A stretch of DNA of 63,944 bases, filler included, from Reclinomonas americana ATCC 50394 (Eukaryota): the NCBI GenBank assembly GCA_048213135.1. It is 10 parts of 10 records of this genome, joined end to end, with 100 filler letters (N's around TTAATTAATTAA, not from the genome) between each part and the next. Parts side by side here need not be neighbours in the genome. Positions count along the whole stretch, not along the records: positions 11,598 to 19,980 come from AFZH01020813.1; positions 20,081 to 23,729 come from AFZH01020815.1; positions 23,830 to 36,519 come from AFZH01020816.1; 7 more parts are not named here. One strand, given 5' to 3'. The position numbers and the translations under genes were made by a program. The stretch's first letter is position 1; every line of letters begins with the position of its first letter. This document shows positions 11,598-24,122 of this stretch, piece after piece. Below the pieces are notes generated by a model that made no database searches, was not told the origin of the DNA, and was given only the letters and a program-made list of their open reading frames with translations.

Positions 11598-14500
11598 CCC
11601 CCCTGTGGTGTCGTTGTCCTTTGCTCATGCGATAGAGAACAGTCGCCACCGGCGACGCGGCCCGCTGGTGGATCCGGGTTGACAGTGTCGACAGACTTTC
11701 CCATGTCGCCCATGTCGCGGCCGCGCAGCAGCAGTACGCACTCGATTGGGAGTTTCACTGCGCCGCACACGCCCAAGATCCACTACTACCTGGAGCCGAC
11801 GGTGCCGGACTCACCCAGTTGAGTCTCTCTCTCTCTCCCATCCTTCGCCATCTCTCGCTTGTCTCTGACTCGAGTGGCCACGCAGAGACGGTGGTGCGTG
11901 TGTCGATGAGGAATGGTGAGCTGTTGGGCGGCGTGGTGGACCAGGGTGGGCTCGGCGACTCGTCGTTTGAGAGTGGAGCCATGCGGTTCGGCTCCGAGAG
12001 TGGCGACTTGATGAGTCCGCCGCCCGTCGGCGACGATGGCGAAGGACCAGTTGCGTGTCTTTGATCCCCGACTGACTTTACGTTGTCCGCTCATCCCCTC
12101 CTGATCTCCCACAGCGAGGAGTGGGTCGTGGAGCCACGGACCGTAGTACGTGGTTGGCGCGAGCCATGAAGAAGCATCCGGACATGTTGCTGCTCCGCGA
12201 ACGGCTGAGACCCATCAGTCGGCATCCATCGTTCACGGTTGCGCCGTCGCTGCTGCAACCGCCAAAGCACGCACACCATCTCGATGCGGAGGTGGGCGGA
12301 GCGTCGGGGAGTGGTGTGGGCGAGTTTCGTGCGCGCCTCCCAAACTGCCAAGGAGAATCGTGTTGTTCTTCTTATCCTTATTCTCATCGGCGGCTCTGCG
12401 TAGTTTTGATGCGTCGCCCACGGAGGTGGCAGGACCGCCGGTGATCAGACCACCGCAGCGTTGCGTCGTGCATGTTCGTGGTGGTGGCACGCGCACACAC
12501 GTACCAAGCCTCATGTGTTTTGCGCCATGTGCAGAACGCGGTCTGACCGAGGTGCCGAATTACTTGAACCAGCGCACCCTTCTGCAGCTCATCATGGACC
12601 ACTTGTCGGTGTGCAACCACAATACCACGCGCAAGGTCCTGGAGGAGGAGAGCGGCATGAAATGTGCGTGGCAACTCTGTCGTCGATGCGTGTCCATTCG
12701 GTGTCCAACCGCTCTCCCTGTAGTTGAGACGAGCACCACGGTGGCCAACATCAGTCCACTGAAGCTGCTGCTGCAAATGGGCGTTCCCGACGTCAACTCG
12801 ATCTTTGATCCCAGCAAGGGTTCCACTGGTTTGACCATTTTTGGTGCCTCTTGCTTACTCACTCGATCCGCGCCACTCATGTCGGTCCGCAGATCCCACG
12901 CTGCAGCGCAATGTGCCGCTGCTGGCCGGTGGCGGTGTGGAGGGCGAGATTCGTGATGGCTTGGTGATCACGAGTTCGGTGTTGTCGCGTGGAAGCGAGG
13001 AGGCGGAAGACGAACGATTGGAGGACATGGAGGAGGCGCAACGCGACGAGCTGCGACCGTTCTGGGACGAAGAGTTGAACGACGACAGTGGTATCTGCTA
13101 CATGGAGAATGCGCCGGCGAGCGCCGACGGTCAGCCCGTCAAGGGCGGCTCGCTCAACAAGCTGGTGGAGAAGCTCACCTCCCCCGGCAAACCCGGTGCG
13201 TGTGTGATGTGATGATGGTCTCGCTGTTTTTCGAGGTCCCAACCACTCACTGCCTTGTCGCTGTCCACAGAACCGAAATACGTCAAGGTGTTGTCGCCTC
13301 GCATTCTGTCGACCTGCTCTTGTCTCTCGCTCATGTTTCTTTGTGGTTGTCTCTCCTTGCCAGACTTTCCTAGTCACCTACCGCTCGTTCTGCACACCAG
13401 AACGCCTGTTGCAGAAGCTCATTGAGCGGTGCGTGAGGAACTGGGATTTCTCTTGCTTACAACCCGTGCTCATGTTTTTTCCAGCTTCAATGTGCCCGAC
13501 TGGCACCCGGCGATGAAGGTGTCGGTGGACGATTACAACAGCCACCGACAGCACATTCAGCTGCGTGTCGGCAGCGTGTTGAAACAGTGGATGGACAATT
13601 TTGCGGCTGATTTTAATCAGAGTCTTGTTGCGTCGCACTTTTCCCACCTGTCTCCCTCTCTACCTGCCTCTATTGACCTGTGCCCTCCGTTTTGATCCCT
13701 GCAGGCCAAGACGCTGAGCATCTTTATCGACACGACTCTGTCGCAAGTGGATTCTGTGAAGACACTGGCCAAGTCTCTGCGCGGGCTCCTCGACAAGAAG
13801 CTGCTGGGCCAGTCGCGCAACATTTCCGAGACGCACTTCTCGCAGACGCCACCCGATCCAATCATTCCACGCAACATCTTCTCGCCGACGCTCTCCATCT
13901 GGGATCTTGACGACGAAGAGCTGGCGCGTCAGATCACGCTCTCCGAGTCCGAGTACTTTAGGCGCATTCAGGTGAGTCGCTCGCTCGTCCTCGAATGATA
14001 TCTCCACGGTACCTAAAAATCCCCCACTCGACACGCGCAGGCTTCCGAGCTGCTGAACCAGGCGTGGAACAAGCCAAAGCTGCGCCATCGCTCGCCGAAC
14101 GTGCTGTCCATGATCGACCGCTTCAATCGCATCTCGAACTGGGTGGCGCGCTCCATTCTCGAACACGAGACTCTGCGGCAACGCCGTCCGAAGCTGCACC
14201 TCTTTATTCGCTTGTTGGGAGTTGCGTGTGTGTGTGTGTGTGTCATGTGACGTTGCGTGCGCTCACTGCCGCACAGCATTTGCGTGCCCTCAACAACTAC
14301 AACTCGGTGCTGTCGGTGCTCGCCGGCTTGCAAATGTCGTCGGTGCATCGACTGAAGCACACGTGGGACGACATGCCGAAGAATCTCACCAAGGTACAGC
14401 AGTGGAAAAGCTATGCTTCTTGTGTATGCCCTCGTGCTCACGCAGCATGCAGATCTACGAGGAGATTTGCACATTGATGAACGCCCACCAGTCCTTCAAG

Positions 14501-15105
14501 AACTACCGTGAGAGCATTCACGGCATCAATCCACCATGTGTGCCCTACCTGTTGCGTTTGTTTCATACCGTGTATCTCTGACCGTGGTTGGGAGGCGGTG
14601 CTGACTGGCACTCACCACGCAGCGGCGTGTACCTTACCGATCTGACATTCATCGAGGACGGCAATCCCGACTTTGTCAAGTTTGGCGAGCGCACTCTAAT
14701 CAACTGGGTACGCCTCGTGATGTGTGTACCACGTATGGGAGGCGTCCAACTCACTCACTCCGCGGTCGTGCAGGTGAAGCGCAGTCTGCTGGTCAATGTC
14801 ATTGTCGAAATCAAGCTGGTTTGTCGTCTCCCCACCGCCCTCCTCCCCCCTCCTCCCCACCACTCACTGCTGCGCGCACCCACAGTACCAAGACAAGCCC
14901 TACTCGCTGCTCCGCATTCACCAAATCCAACAAGTTCTCGAATCCACCGTCATGCAAGACTGCCTCAACGAGGACATGCTGTACACTACATCACTCAAGC
15001 GCGAACCAGTTTCGTTTGTTTCCCCCGCAGCGCGCCCTTCCCTGGTTTCCTCTACTCACTTGCACACCTCAACAGCGTGGCGCACCGCGAGAAAATATCC
15101 TGTAA
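11598..15105 (+). CDS. Ras guanine-nucleotide exchange factor with LisH, REM and CDC25 domains (5' end in gap)
   Basis: LisH NQRTLLQLIMDHLS..TRKVLEEESG; REM VKGGSLNKLVEKLT, FLVTYRSFCTPERLLQKLIER, QLRVGSVLKQW; CDC25 [67 protein letters not shown]; TAA at 15105. Confidence 0.92.
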
Positions 15106-15201
15106 GACTGCAGAGACAAGCACAAAACAAAGTGAAGCTTGGGAGGGTTGAGATGCGGAAATTCCCTTCTTTTCATTCTTGTTGTTGTGCGTTTGTGCAA
15201 A

Positions 15202-16016
15202 ATGTTTGCTGGTCTCTGGCGCGCCTATGCTCAATTCACCGAGCGCAATCCACTCGGAAGCAAGATGGTCTTGTCTGGCACTCTGTGGGTGCTCGGCGAC
15301 ACCATCTCGCAGTCTCTGGAGCGTGCCTATGCGCCCCCCAGGTGTGAGCAAGAGAGAGACACGCGGAGAAATGATGACATTGTGTTGCTCACTGTGTTGC
15401 CTCTTGCCTGCGTGCGCTCTCTCCCTCGTGCAGTGAGACACAAGGTGAGCTTTCTCACAGCACATGCACTCACATACACTCTCTCTCACGCTCCTCTCGC
15501 GCGTGTCAAAGGGTTCGATTTCATGCGGACTCTGCGCTCGGCCTTCTTTGGTGCTTGTGTGTGGGCACCTCTCGGTCACAAGTGGTACGGCCTGCTTGAT
15601 CGATGGGTAAAGGGCGCTCCGCATCTCAACACTGTGCAATCACTGATCTTGGACCAGGTGCTGCTGCTTCCTGTTGTTGTTGTCTTTTTTTGAGTTGTTC
15701 CGACCCTGATGATGACCATTGCCTGTGTGTGTAGGGTGCTTTCGCGCCTTTCTTCTTGGCGACTCTGTTCACTGTCATGACGCTGCTGCAAGGCGGCTCG
15801 CCTAGTGATGCCGCCAACAAGGTCAAAAGCGATCTCGTGCCGACTGTGCTCACCAACTGGACCGTGTGGATTCCCGTGCAAATTCTCAATCTCACCAAGG
15901 TCCCCGTGCAGCAGCGTGTGGCCGTCATCAATGTGGTCGCTGTGCCGTGGAATGCCTTCCTTTGCTGGAAGAGTAATCGCTCTCGTACCACCGAGAAGCA
16001 GCCGCCAGCTGAATAA
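15202..16016 (+). CDS. Mpv17/PMP22 (SYM1-like) family membrane protein
   Basis: MFAGLWRAYAQFTERNPLGSKMVLSGTLWVLGDTISQ, FDFMRTLRSAFFG, PLGHKWYGLLD, LILDQ, NWTVWIPVQILN..VP, WNAFLCW. Confidence 0.88.
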
Positions 16017-16390
16017 GCGCGAAGTAATGGAATGTGGTGGCATGGTTTTCTTTTTTTGTCTGAACGGAATGAGTGTATCAATGCCCAGAGACAACCGCTG
16101 TCCCCGTCCACCTCACAACACACGCACTCGCACCATCTCAAAAAAGAAACAGCGAAGGGGAGTCACGACACGGAACAGAGACAAGGCCGAAAATTAAGAA
16201 ATGGGAGGACACCAAAAAAAGCAGCACTCACAACACGACCAGATGCACACATACACACACGTACACACACGGAGGGAAAGAGGTGAAAAGGGGAGCAAAA
16301 AGAAAAAGAGAAGAAAGATTGCGGCCGGCTCAAGCACAGCAGGTGGCGAGGCGGCTGGGCGTGTTCAGCGAAGAGGTGTTGTCGCTTGGA

Positions 16391-19300
16391 TTAGAACACG
16401 TCACCGGTGCTGGCAATCTTGACTGTGGTTGTGCACACACACACACATCACGAGGAGTGAGAAGACCTGTGCGCGCGACAGAGCAAATCAAGAACAATGC
16501 AAAACGCAACTGGGCGGATCGCCAGTCTGCGGGCTGCGTTCATGGGGAAAATCACAACTGGTGAGCGAATGCGCGCCGACAGAGAAGAGACGACGATGAC
16601 GACAACAACAACAACAACAACAACGCACCGGTGCTGGAAGGCCAAGTAGCGGCCAGCAGCCCAGGTGCCACCCTCCAGAAGCCTGCGATGGAGCGGGTTG
16701 TTTTTTTTGAGTGTGCGGGAGACGCGACATACTGGAGGAGAACGACAGAAACGCAACTTGGGCAGCGGCAGCTCGTGCTGGCTCACACCCAGACGCTGGT
16801 GCACAATCTTCTCGAGCTCGTCGAGCAGGGCAATGGTCAGCGCACGCCACTCCACCACCAACTCGTCACCAGTGTTGTAGGTCTTGTTCAGGACCTCGCG
16901 CGGGTTCTTCGGGATGAGCACGCCGGCATCGATGAACAAACCACCGTTGCTGCAAGGGTAGCACACAGTCAGCCATCAATCACTTCACACGCCACAGACA
17001 CGACGGACGGACGGACGGACGGCAGGCCAGCCAACTCACCGGTACTCCGGCAGGCCAGTGAGCTGCCACCTGTTGTTGGAAACGAATGCAGCAGTCAGCA
17101 ACGGGTGAGACACACAGTGTGTGCGATTGTGTGACTCACGTGTCGACCAGACGCACGCCAAATCCGTTGAGGATCTCCAGCAGCGAGTAGGTCACCCACT
17201 GCGTGAGCTTGTGGAACGGCACGTACGAGTCGGGCGAGCCAGGCGGGCCCAGCGCAGAGTGCGTCCACTGCGTGCAACAGTGAGCCACAGCGCCATGGAT
17301 TGAGAGTGGGTGAGACGAGGAGAAGGAGAAGACGCAACGGTGTCGCCGAGGTGAGTGCCAGTCGGGTCTGCCGTCGTACGCCACGAGTGAGCAACAGGGG
17401 AGGGTGCACCACGCTAACCATACAATGCCTACTCACCAGGGAACACGTCGCCAAAGCCCTCCACGACGGCGGCCCACAGGACCTTGACCGAGGCGTAGCG
17501 CTTCTGCGAGTCGGTGACCTGCAAGCACGAGGCATTTAACACACCCGGAAAAACAGCACTGGAGTGCGTGCACACACAGACGCAACATGGTGCAGAATGT
17601 AATCGAGCAGGTAGCCCGGGCGGCACACGCCACTGCCCTGACCACTGAAGATCTCCGGCTTGGACTCAAGAGCCTGGCCGAGGCGGCGCAGCATGTTCAC
17701 ACGGCCCTCCACGCCAATCAGCGGGTTCTCGGCGGTGACCTGGTAGGCGCGCTCGAGATCCTCGACCGTGATGGTCTTCAGGCGCTTCGAGTCCGCAATC
17801 TGTCGCCCGCGGAGAGCACACGTGAGTAGGTGGAACCGACTGGGAGATGGTGTACACACACACACACACAGAACACACCTGCGAGCCGTCAGACGACAGG
17901 CCACCGTGGCGGAACCAGTCGTACGAGGCAATGCCGAGACCCTCCGAGCTGTCAAAAACAGTGGTGGTGAGTGGCAAGACAAGGCGAGAAAATCGAATCA
18001 ACAACCCGAACCGAGTAAAGAAGCGACCGCCAGCGTACTCCTTGTCTTGGTAAGCCCACTTGGCGCCGGCACCGGCGTCAGTCAGCACCGACGGCACGAC
18101 GAGGTCGATCAGGCGACGGGTTTGCTCCAGCGACGGGATCTGCGTGTTGCACAGATAGTGCGTGAGAGGAATACTCAGTGAAACTCTTCCCGACTGCAAC
18201 AAAACGCACGCGCTGGGATCGCCAGGTGGCCTCGAGCTCGCCGACACGGTTCACGCCACCAGCCTCAAACTGGCGGAAGCGCGAGTGCAGCGGGATGTTG
18301 GTGATCGGACCAGGGTAACGACGGGCAGTGACCTGCAGCACCAGCGAGGCCACATCCTCCATCCTGCACACACATTGAGTGAACAGCGTCTCGTGCCCTT
18401 TGGCGCATCGGCAGCACGCAACTTGCTCATGTCGATCGAAAAGTGCGTCAGCTTGTCCTGCATGGCCAGGTCGAAGAGCTTGTGCGAGCGGGCGCGCACG
18501 TTCTGCGCCGCACAGAGAGTCAGAGGGAGAAAGCGGGGCGAAATGACACCGCGATAGAGACACACCTCGAGCTTCCACAGATCGCGGACAAGGGCGTCCT
18601 CGGTCTTCGGAGCAAAGCCGGCGTAGCCCTGCACACACGCCATTATTAGCAAGCGATTCGAGAAAAGCTCACAACAGCAGAGGTGACGACGAAACACTGG
18701 CAATCTTGGCGGAGATCTCGACAAAGGCACCCGGCGGCACCAGCTCCTCTGGGAGACTCTCGCGATTCACCACCTCAATACCAGCGCCCACGATAGCCTC
18801 GTACCTGCAAGCAAGTAAAGATGAGAAAAAGAGGCTGCGGAGAGTCGGATAGGATGAGGTGCACGTACTTGTCCTTGGACATGGACAGCAGACGATCGCT
18901 GCACATCGAGAACAAAAGAGCCATACATGAGCGTGCGCCGAGATCAGCAAATACACAAGACACGAAACATCTTCTTGACTCCTGCAAGCAGGTGCCATCG
19001 AAAATGAAACGGGCAGTGAGCAACGAGTACTTCACGTGTGCTGAGTACACAGCAGGAGGCAAACTCACCGAGCCACAGCAGCGGGTCGGGCATCAGCTCC
19101 TGCACACGGGCGTCGACGACACCAGCAATGTTCTCGGTCTGCTGGAAGTACCTGCGCGCATTCGCCAAGGTACACGGCGAGTCAGTCATTCTGTCACGAT
19201 CGCCAAGAACCCCACACACAGGCTTATTGTTACGCAACGACTCCGGACGGTCACCGCCCTTCTGGTAGCGGCGGCTGTTGTACACGCTGTGCAAGAGAAG

Positions 19301-19980
19301 AAAAGAGCGTTTGAGATCGCACTGCTCAGCGTCATCGTATGGCAGAAACACACACGTGTACGTACCGGAACTTGCTGCGCGGTGGCGATGGATCAAGAAA
19401 ACAGCAAATATTAGCACTGGGCGACAAACAACGGCAATTTCATGCACTTGTTGCTTACTCACGTGACCTACAAAAGTGCAGGATGAGCAACACGGAAAAC
19501 AGTGCAAGAGATCAGCACACAAACAACAAACCTCGCCGAGAGCACGGCCCTCCTTGCGGTAGCTGCACATAAAATCAATGTAAGCACAAGCACCACGACT
19601 CGTCCACTTTCTCGCGCAACAAGTGGCGCAACTAGGCAATCAAACCGACACCACCGGCCTGGGCAGTCTCCACGCACTTCTCAATGGCAAACGTCAGGTA
19701 CGGACTGCATAAAAAAGAGACGAGCTCGTGAGGGTGGATGGAAAAGAAAAGAGACGGTCACCAGGCCGACGACGCACCGGCACGTGCAAATGTCCGTGCC
19801 CATCACTACGCCACGCAAAAGCCACAGTGAGACATCATACGAACGACAAGCATGGGCAACTGCGAAAGAGCCAGCGAACCGTCACTTCCTGCGAAATGAA
19901 CAAACAGGGTGAGCAACTCGTAGCAGATGAATCAAGGGAGGGTCTAGTGCTCCACGCAACCACTGCACTCGTCATGCGGA
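16391..19980 (-). CDS. URC1 (GTP cyclohydrolase II-like) - URC4/DUF1688 fusion protein, uracil catabolism (5' end in gap)
   Basis: URC1 motifs: HDECSGSDVMGTDICTCRPYL, YRKEGRALGEVTKFRVYNSR, YFQQTENIAGVVDARVQELMPDPLLWLG, VEISAKIASGY. In-frame continuation into URC4 motifs: NVRARSHKLF, IPLHSRFRQF, LIDLVVPSVLTDAGAGAKWAY, SEGLGIAS, NPLIGVEGR, YVPFHKLTQWVTYSL, LTGLPEYRNGGLFID, VEWRALTIALLD, LEGGTWAAGR, IASTGDVF*. Confidence 0.88.
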
Positions 19981-20080
19981 NNNNNNNNNNNNNNNNNNNN
20001 NNNNNNNNNNNNNNNNNNNNNNNNTTAATTAATTAANNNNNNNNNNNNNNNNNNNNNNNNNNNNNNNNNNNNNNNNNNNN

Positions 20081-21469
20081 GCACAACAATCACGCGACTC
20101 GAGTGAGTAGACTGTACACGGTGGCAGCAGTGCGACATAAGAGATTGAAAAGTTCACCTTGCCCGACGGCAGAATGCAGTCCAGCACGTCCGTGTGCTCG
20201 GCACCGGCAAACTGGTCCCACACAGGCCTTCGCAGGCGCAGGCCGTGCACGCCGAGGCAGTCGCGAATCACATACATGTAGGCATCCCATGCACGCTCCA
20301 AATTGTCGATCGCCTCCTCCTGCGTGGCGTGACATGTGTGCGCCTCGTTCCAGTGAATCTCGCGGGCACGAATCAGCGGCATCGTGTCCTTGGTCTCGTA
20401 GCGGTACACGGCGCATGTTTGGTGCACCTGTCGATGAATGTGCGCAATGTGAGAAACAGACGGGCAGGGCAAGTGAGACCGGGGGGAAACCAGCGGCACA
20501 CCTTGATGGGCAGGTCGCGGAACGACTGCACCCACTTCGAGAAGAGCGAGTACATGGCGGTCTCCGACGTGGGGCGCACAGCAGCTGGCGCCTCCAGGTC
20601 CTTGTCACCACCCTTGGTCACCCAAAAGACCTCCTTGGAGAAGCTGGCCAGGCGAGACACACAATGAGCGACGCTGCACGACAACAACAACAACAACCAG
20701 AGACAAGTCGACAGACGCACCCGGCGATGTGGTCGGCCTCACGCTCCAAAAACTCCATCGGAATGAGCACAGGGAATTGCACCTGGCGAGGGGGTGAGCA
20801 CGGGACAGGGAAGGGAGAAAAGTGAGAGACTGCAGCACACCTTGTCAATGTTCTGCTCCGACCAGCACTTCTCCAAAATGTTCATAATCTCATTGTGCAT
20901 GAAGAAGCCGTACGCAGTGAACACGGGCATGCCCTTGACTGGGTACCGCTTGTCCATGATATCTACCAAGAGACCGTGGTGAGAAGGAGGCACAGGTAAG
21001 GAAGCACCACACACGCGATTCCTCAATCACACACACCAGCCATGCGCTGCGCACACACCATCAATCAATGCGTCAGTCACGCAAGCATCGCAGACACAGA
21101 CGCAAAGCAACGAGGCAGGCTCTCACCAGAATGTTGTCGTACCACGTGGGGAAGTCATTCAGCTTGTCATAGTCAAAGTGCGACTCCTCCAACTGTTGCG
21201 CTGCGAGTGGGAGGTGAGACAGATGCGACATTTCCACCACCCACACCCCTCGCAAACCCCTCCCCCCATCACAAAGTGCAAAAAAACTCACATTGCGCTG
21301 CAGCACCGCTCGACGCCTCTCCACCAGCAGCAGCAGCACCACTGCCGCCAGCCGCCGCCGCCTTGGGCTTCTTCTCCCTTCCGGACTTCTTGGGCTTGGC
21401 CTGCTCAGGAGCCGCCGCCGCCGCCTCTGCAGCCACCACCGCCTTGCCTGCCTCTTGTTCACTTGACAT
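20081..21469 (-). CDS. proS: Prolyl-tRNA synthetase, archaeal-type (3' end in gap)
   Basis: [116 protein letters not shown]. Confidence 0.93.
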
Positions 21470-21919
21470 GCTGCACACACACACGCGCGCGCGACTGTGA
21501 GCGTCCGACCAACAGAGAGACAAGTGCAAGATGCTCAAACACGACAACACATCACAGTGACGCAGAGAGCGAGAGACAGACAACAAAAGACAGAGAGAGG
21601 TGTCGGGCGCACTGTGCATGCTGCTGCTCACGGGGCGCAGCACCGCGGACCGCCTCATGTGCAAGCGCCATGAGCACAGGCGCCAAGCCCACAATCACCG
21701 CCGCAGACGCCTCCAACACATCACGCGATGACATCTCACCACACAGACACACACGCACGCACGCCACAAAGAGAAGGAAGAAAGGGACGAAGAGATGGTT
21801 TCCGCGTTTTACCTTGCGCTTGCAAATTTTCGTGCATGTTCGTCGGTCGGCCAATCGGACACACTTTCACCGCCAACGTTCATATTTTGCGTGTGAGCGA
21901 GTGATTGTTTGTTGGCATC

Positions 21920-24005
21920 ATGAGCGCCGAGTGTGTCCGCGTCATTGTCCGGTGAGTTGCTCTCTTTGTGTGTGTGTGCGCGCGCTCGTGGTTGTGTTGT
22001 TTGCTCACTTGTCTCTCTGTCTCTCTCGCAGATGCCGACCCATGTCGGATAAGGTTCTCTCTTGCTCTCTTGTGTGTGTGTCTGCGTGTGTGTGTGCGTG
22101 CTGACCTGTGTGTGTGTGTGCGTGTCTGCGACAAACAGGAATTCGCAAAGGGTGAGTGATCAAACACACATTGTCTGTGTTTGCGTGTCTGCGCCCGTGC
22201 ATGCGTGTGTGCATGATGCAAGAGAGCGTGAACTGACTGGTGTTCTTCTTCTTCTTCTTCTTCGCGACGCTCAGGATGCCAGCGCATTGTGGAGATGAAC
22301 GACGCGGTGTGTGCTCGCTCAACCTCCTCCTCCTCCTTCTCCCTCCTCTCTCTCTCCTGTTCCTCTCACTCTCTCTCTCTCTCTCTCTGTCTCTCTCCAC
22401 CTCTCCCTCTTTTCTCGGTGTCGTGATACTTGCATGTGTGTTTTTCTGCGTGTGGTCGTTGACATCCTCCTCATTTTCTGCGGAGACGGACTCCGACCGA
22501 AATCGCTCATTGCTCTCGTTCGTCGCAGACCAATGAGGTCTACGTCACCAATCCCAAGGTGTGTGTGTGCGCGCGCATGCTCAGAGTACTGTGTGTGTTT
22601 TTTCAGAAAAAGGGGTGTTGACTCCGATTATTTCCGTCGCAGGAACTGACCGAGTTGCCGAAAGTGTTCACCTTTGATCGCGTCTACGACTGGGAGTTGC
22701 GTATTGAGCGTTTGTGTCTTTTGTCGCCGCTGCTCTCTCGGCGGAGCCTGACATGGTGCTTTCCGTGTCAGGTCGCGACAGCGTGTCGTGTTCGACGAGA
22801 CGGCGCGTCCGATTGTGGAGAGCGTGTTCGAGGGCTATAATGGCACGATTTTCGCGTACGGCCAAACAGGTGCCGGTAAGACGTACACCATGGAGGGCAC
22901 GGCTGGCGATCCCGAGGAGGCCGGTATCATTCCCAACACGTTCCAGTGGATTTTCGATCGGATCTCGAATCAGTCGGAGGAGAAGCAGTTCTTGGTGCGC
23001 GCCTCGTACCTCGAAATCTACAACGAGGACATTCGCGACCTGCTCAGCCCCAACACCGAGGCTCGCCTCGAGCTCAAGGAGAGCGCCGAGAAGGGCATCT
23101 TTGTCAAGGTCTCGTCTTGTCTTCTCCCTTCACGCGGTATTGTCACGTTTGCTCACCCAAGCGCAGGATCTGAAAACGGTGGTGGTCACCAACGAGGACG
23201 AGATGCAGCAGGTGCTGCGCACCGGCAAGAAGAACCGCAAGGTCGGCGCCACGGCCATGAATGCCACATCGTCACGGTCGCACGCCATCTTCACCGTGTG
23301 CATTGAGGTGTCGGAGAAGGGCGAGGACGGCCAGCAGCACATTCGCATGGGCAAGCTGAACCTGGTCGATTTGGCCGGTTCCGAGCGTGCCTCCAAGACA
23401 CAGGCCACCGGCACGCGTCTGCAGGAGGGCTGCAAGATCAATCTGTCGCTGTCGGCTCTCGGCAATGTCATTTCCGCTCTGGTCGACAAGAAGGCGTTGC
23501 ACGTGCCGTATCGTGACTCGAAGCTCACTCGTCTTCTGCAAGACTCGCTCGGCGGCAACACCAAGACCTGCATGTTTGCCAACATGGGACCCGCCGACTA
23601 CAACTACGAGGAGACCATGAGCACTCTGCGCTACGCCAACCGCGCCAAGCAGATTCAGAACAAGCCCAAGGTGCTCTCTTTTCCACACCTCCTTTTTTTT
23701 CTGTGTGTATCTGACACTCGTTCAACCGTNNNNNNNNNNNNNNNNNNNNNNNNNNNNNNNNNNNNNNNNNNNNTTAATTAATTAANNNNNNNNNNNNNNN
23801 NNNNNNNNNNNNNNNNNNNNNNNNNNNNNATGAAACGCACAGCATGCCGAATGTGTACTACTCGTACAAGCCGACTGACTCGAGCCTGGCGCGGCCGCGC
23901 TCGCAGAAGAAGAAGAAGTCGGCACGCAAGGAGACACCACCGACCGCCGCCGAAGCCTTCCCGCAATCACGTGGCCTCGTGTCGTCCTCGAAGCGTTTTA
24001 TCTGA
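21920..24005 (+). CDS. Kinesin-2 motor subunit (KIF3/FLA10-like); middle part lost in gap 23730-23829
   Basis: [132 protein letters not shown]. After the gap, the terminal exon MPNVYYSY...[15 protein letters not shown] has the kinesin-2 tail motif. Confidence 0.92.
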
Positions 24006-24122
24006 GGGCGCGCCGAGTGCACCACCACCACGAGCGCAGACACATTCCAGGCAACGAGAAGCAGAAGAACAAGAAGAAGAAAAAAGCGAAGCAAATGTAT
24101 GTACCAGAAAGAGCTGTTTGGT

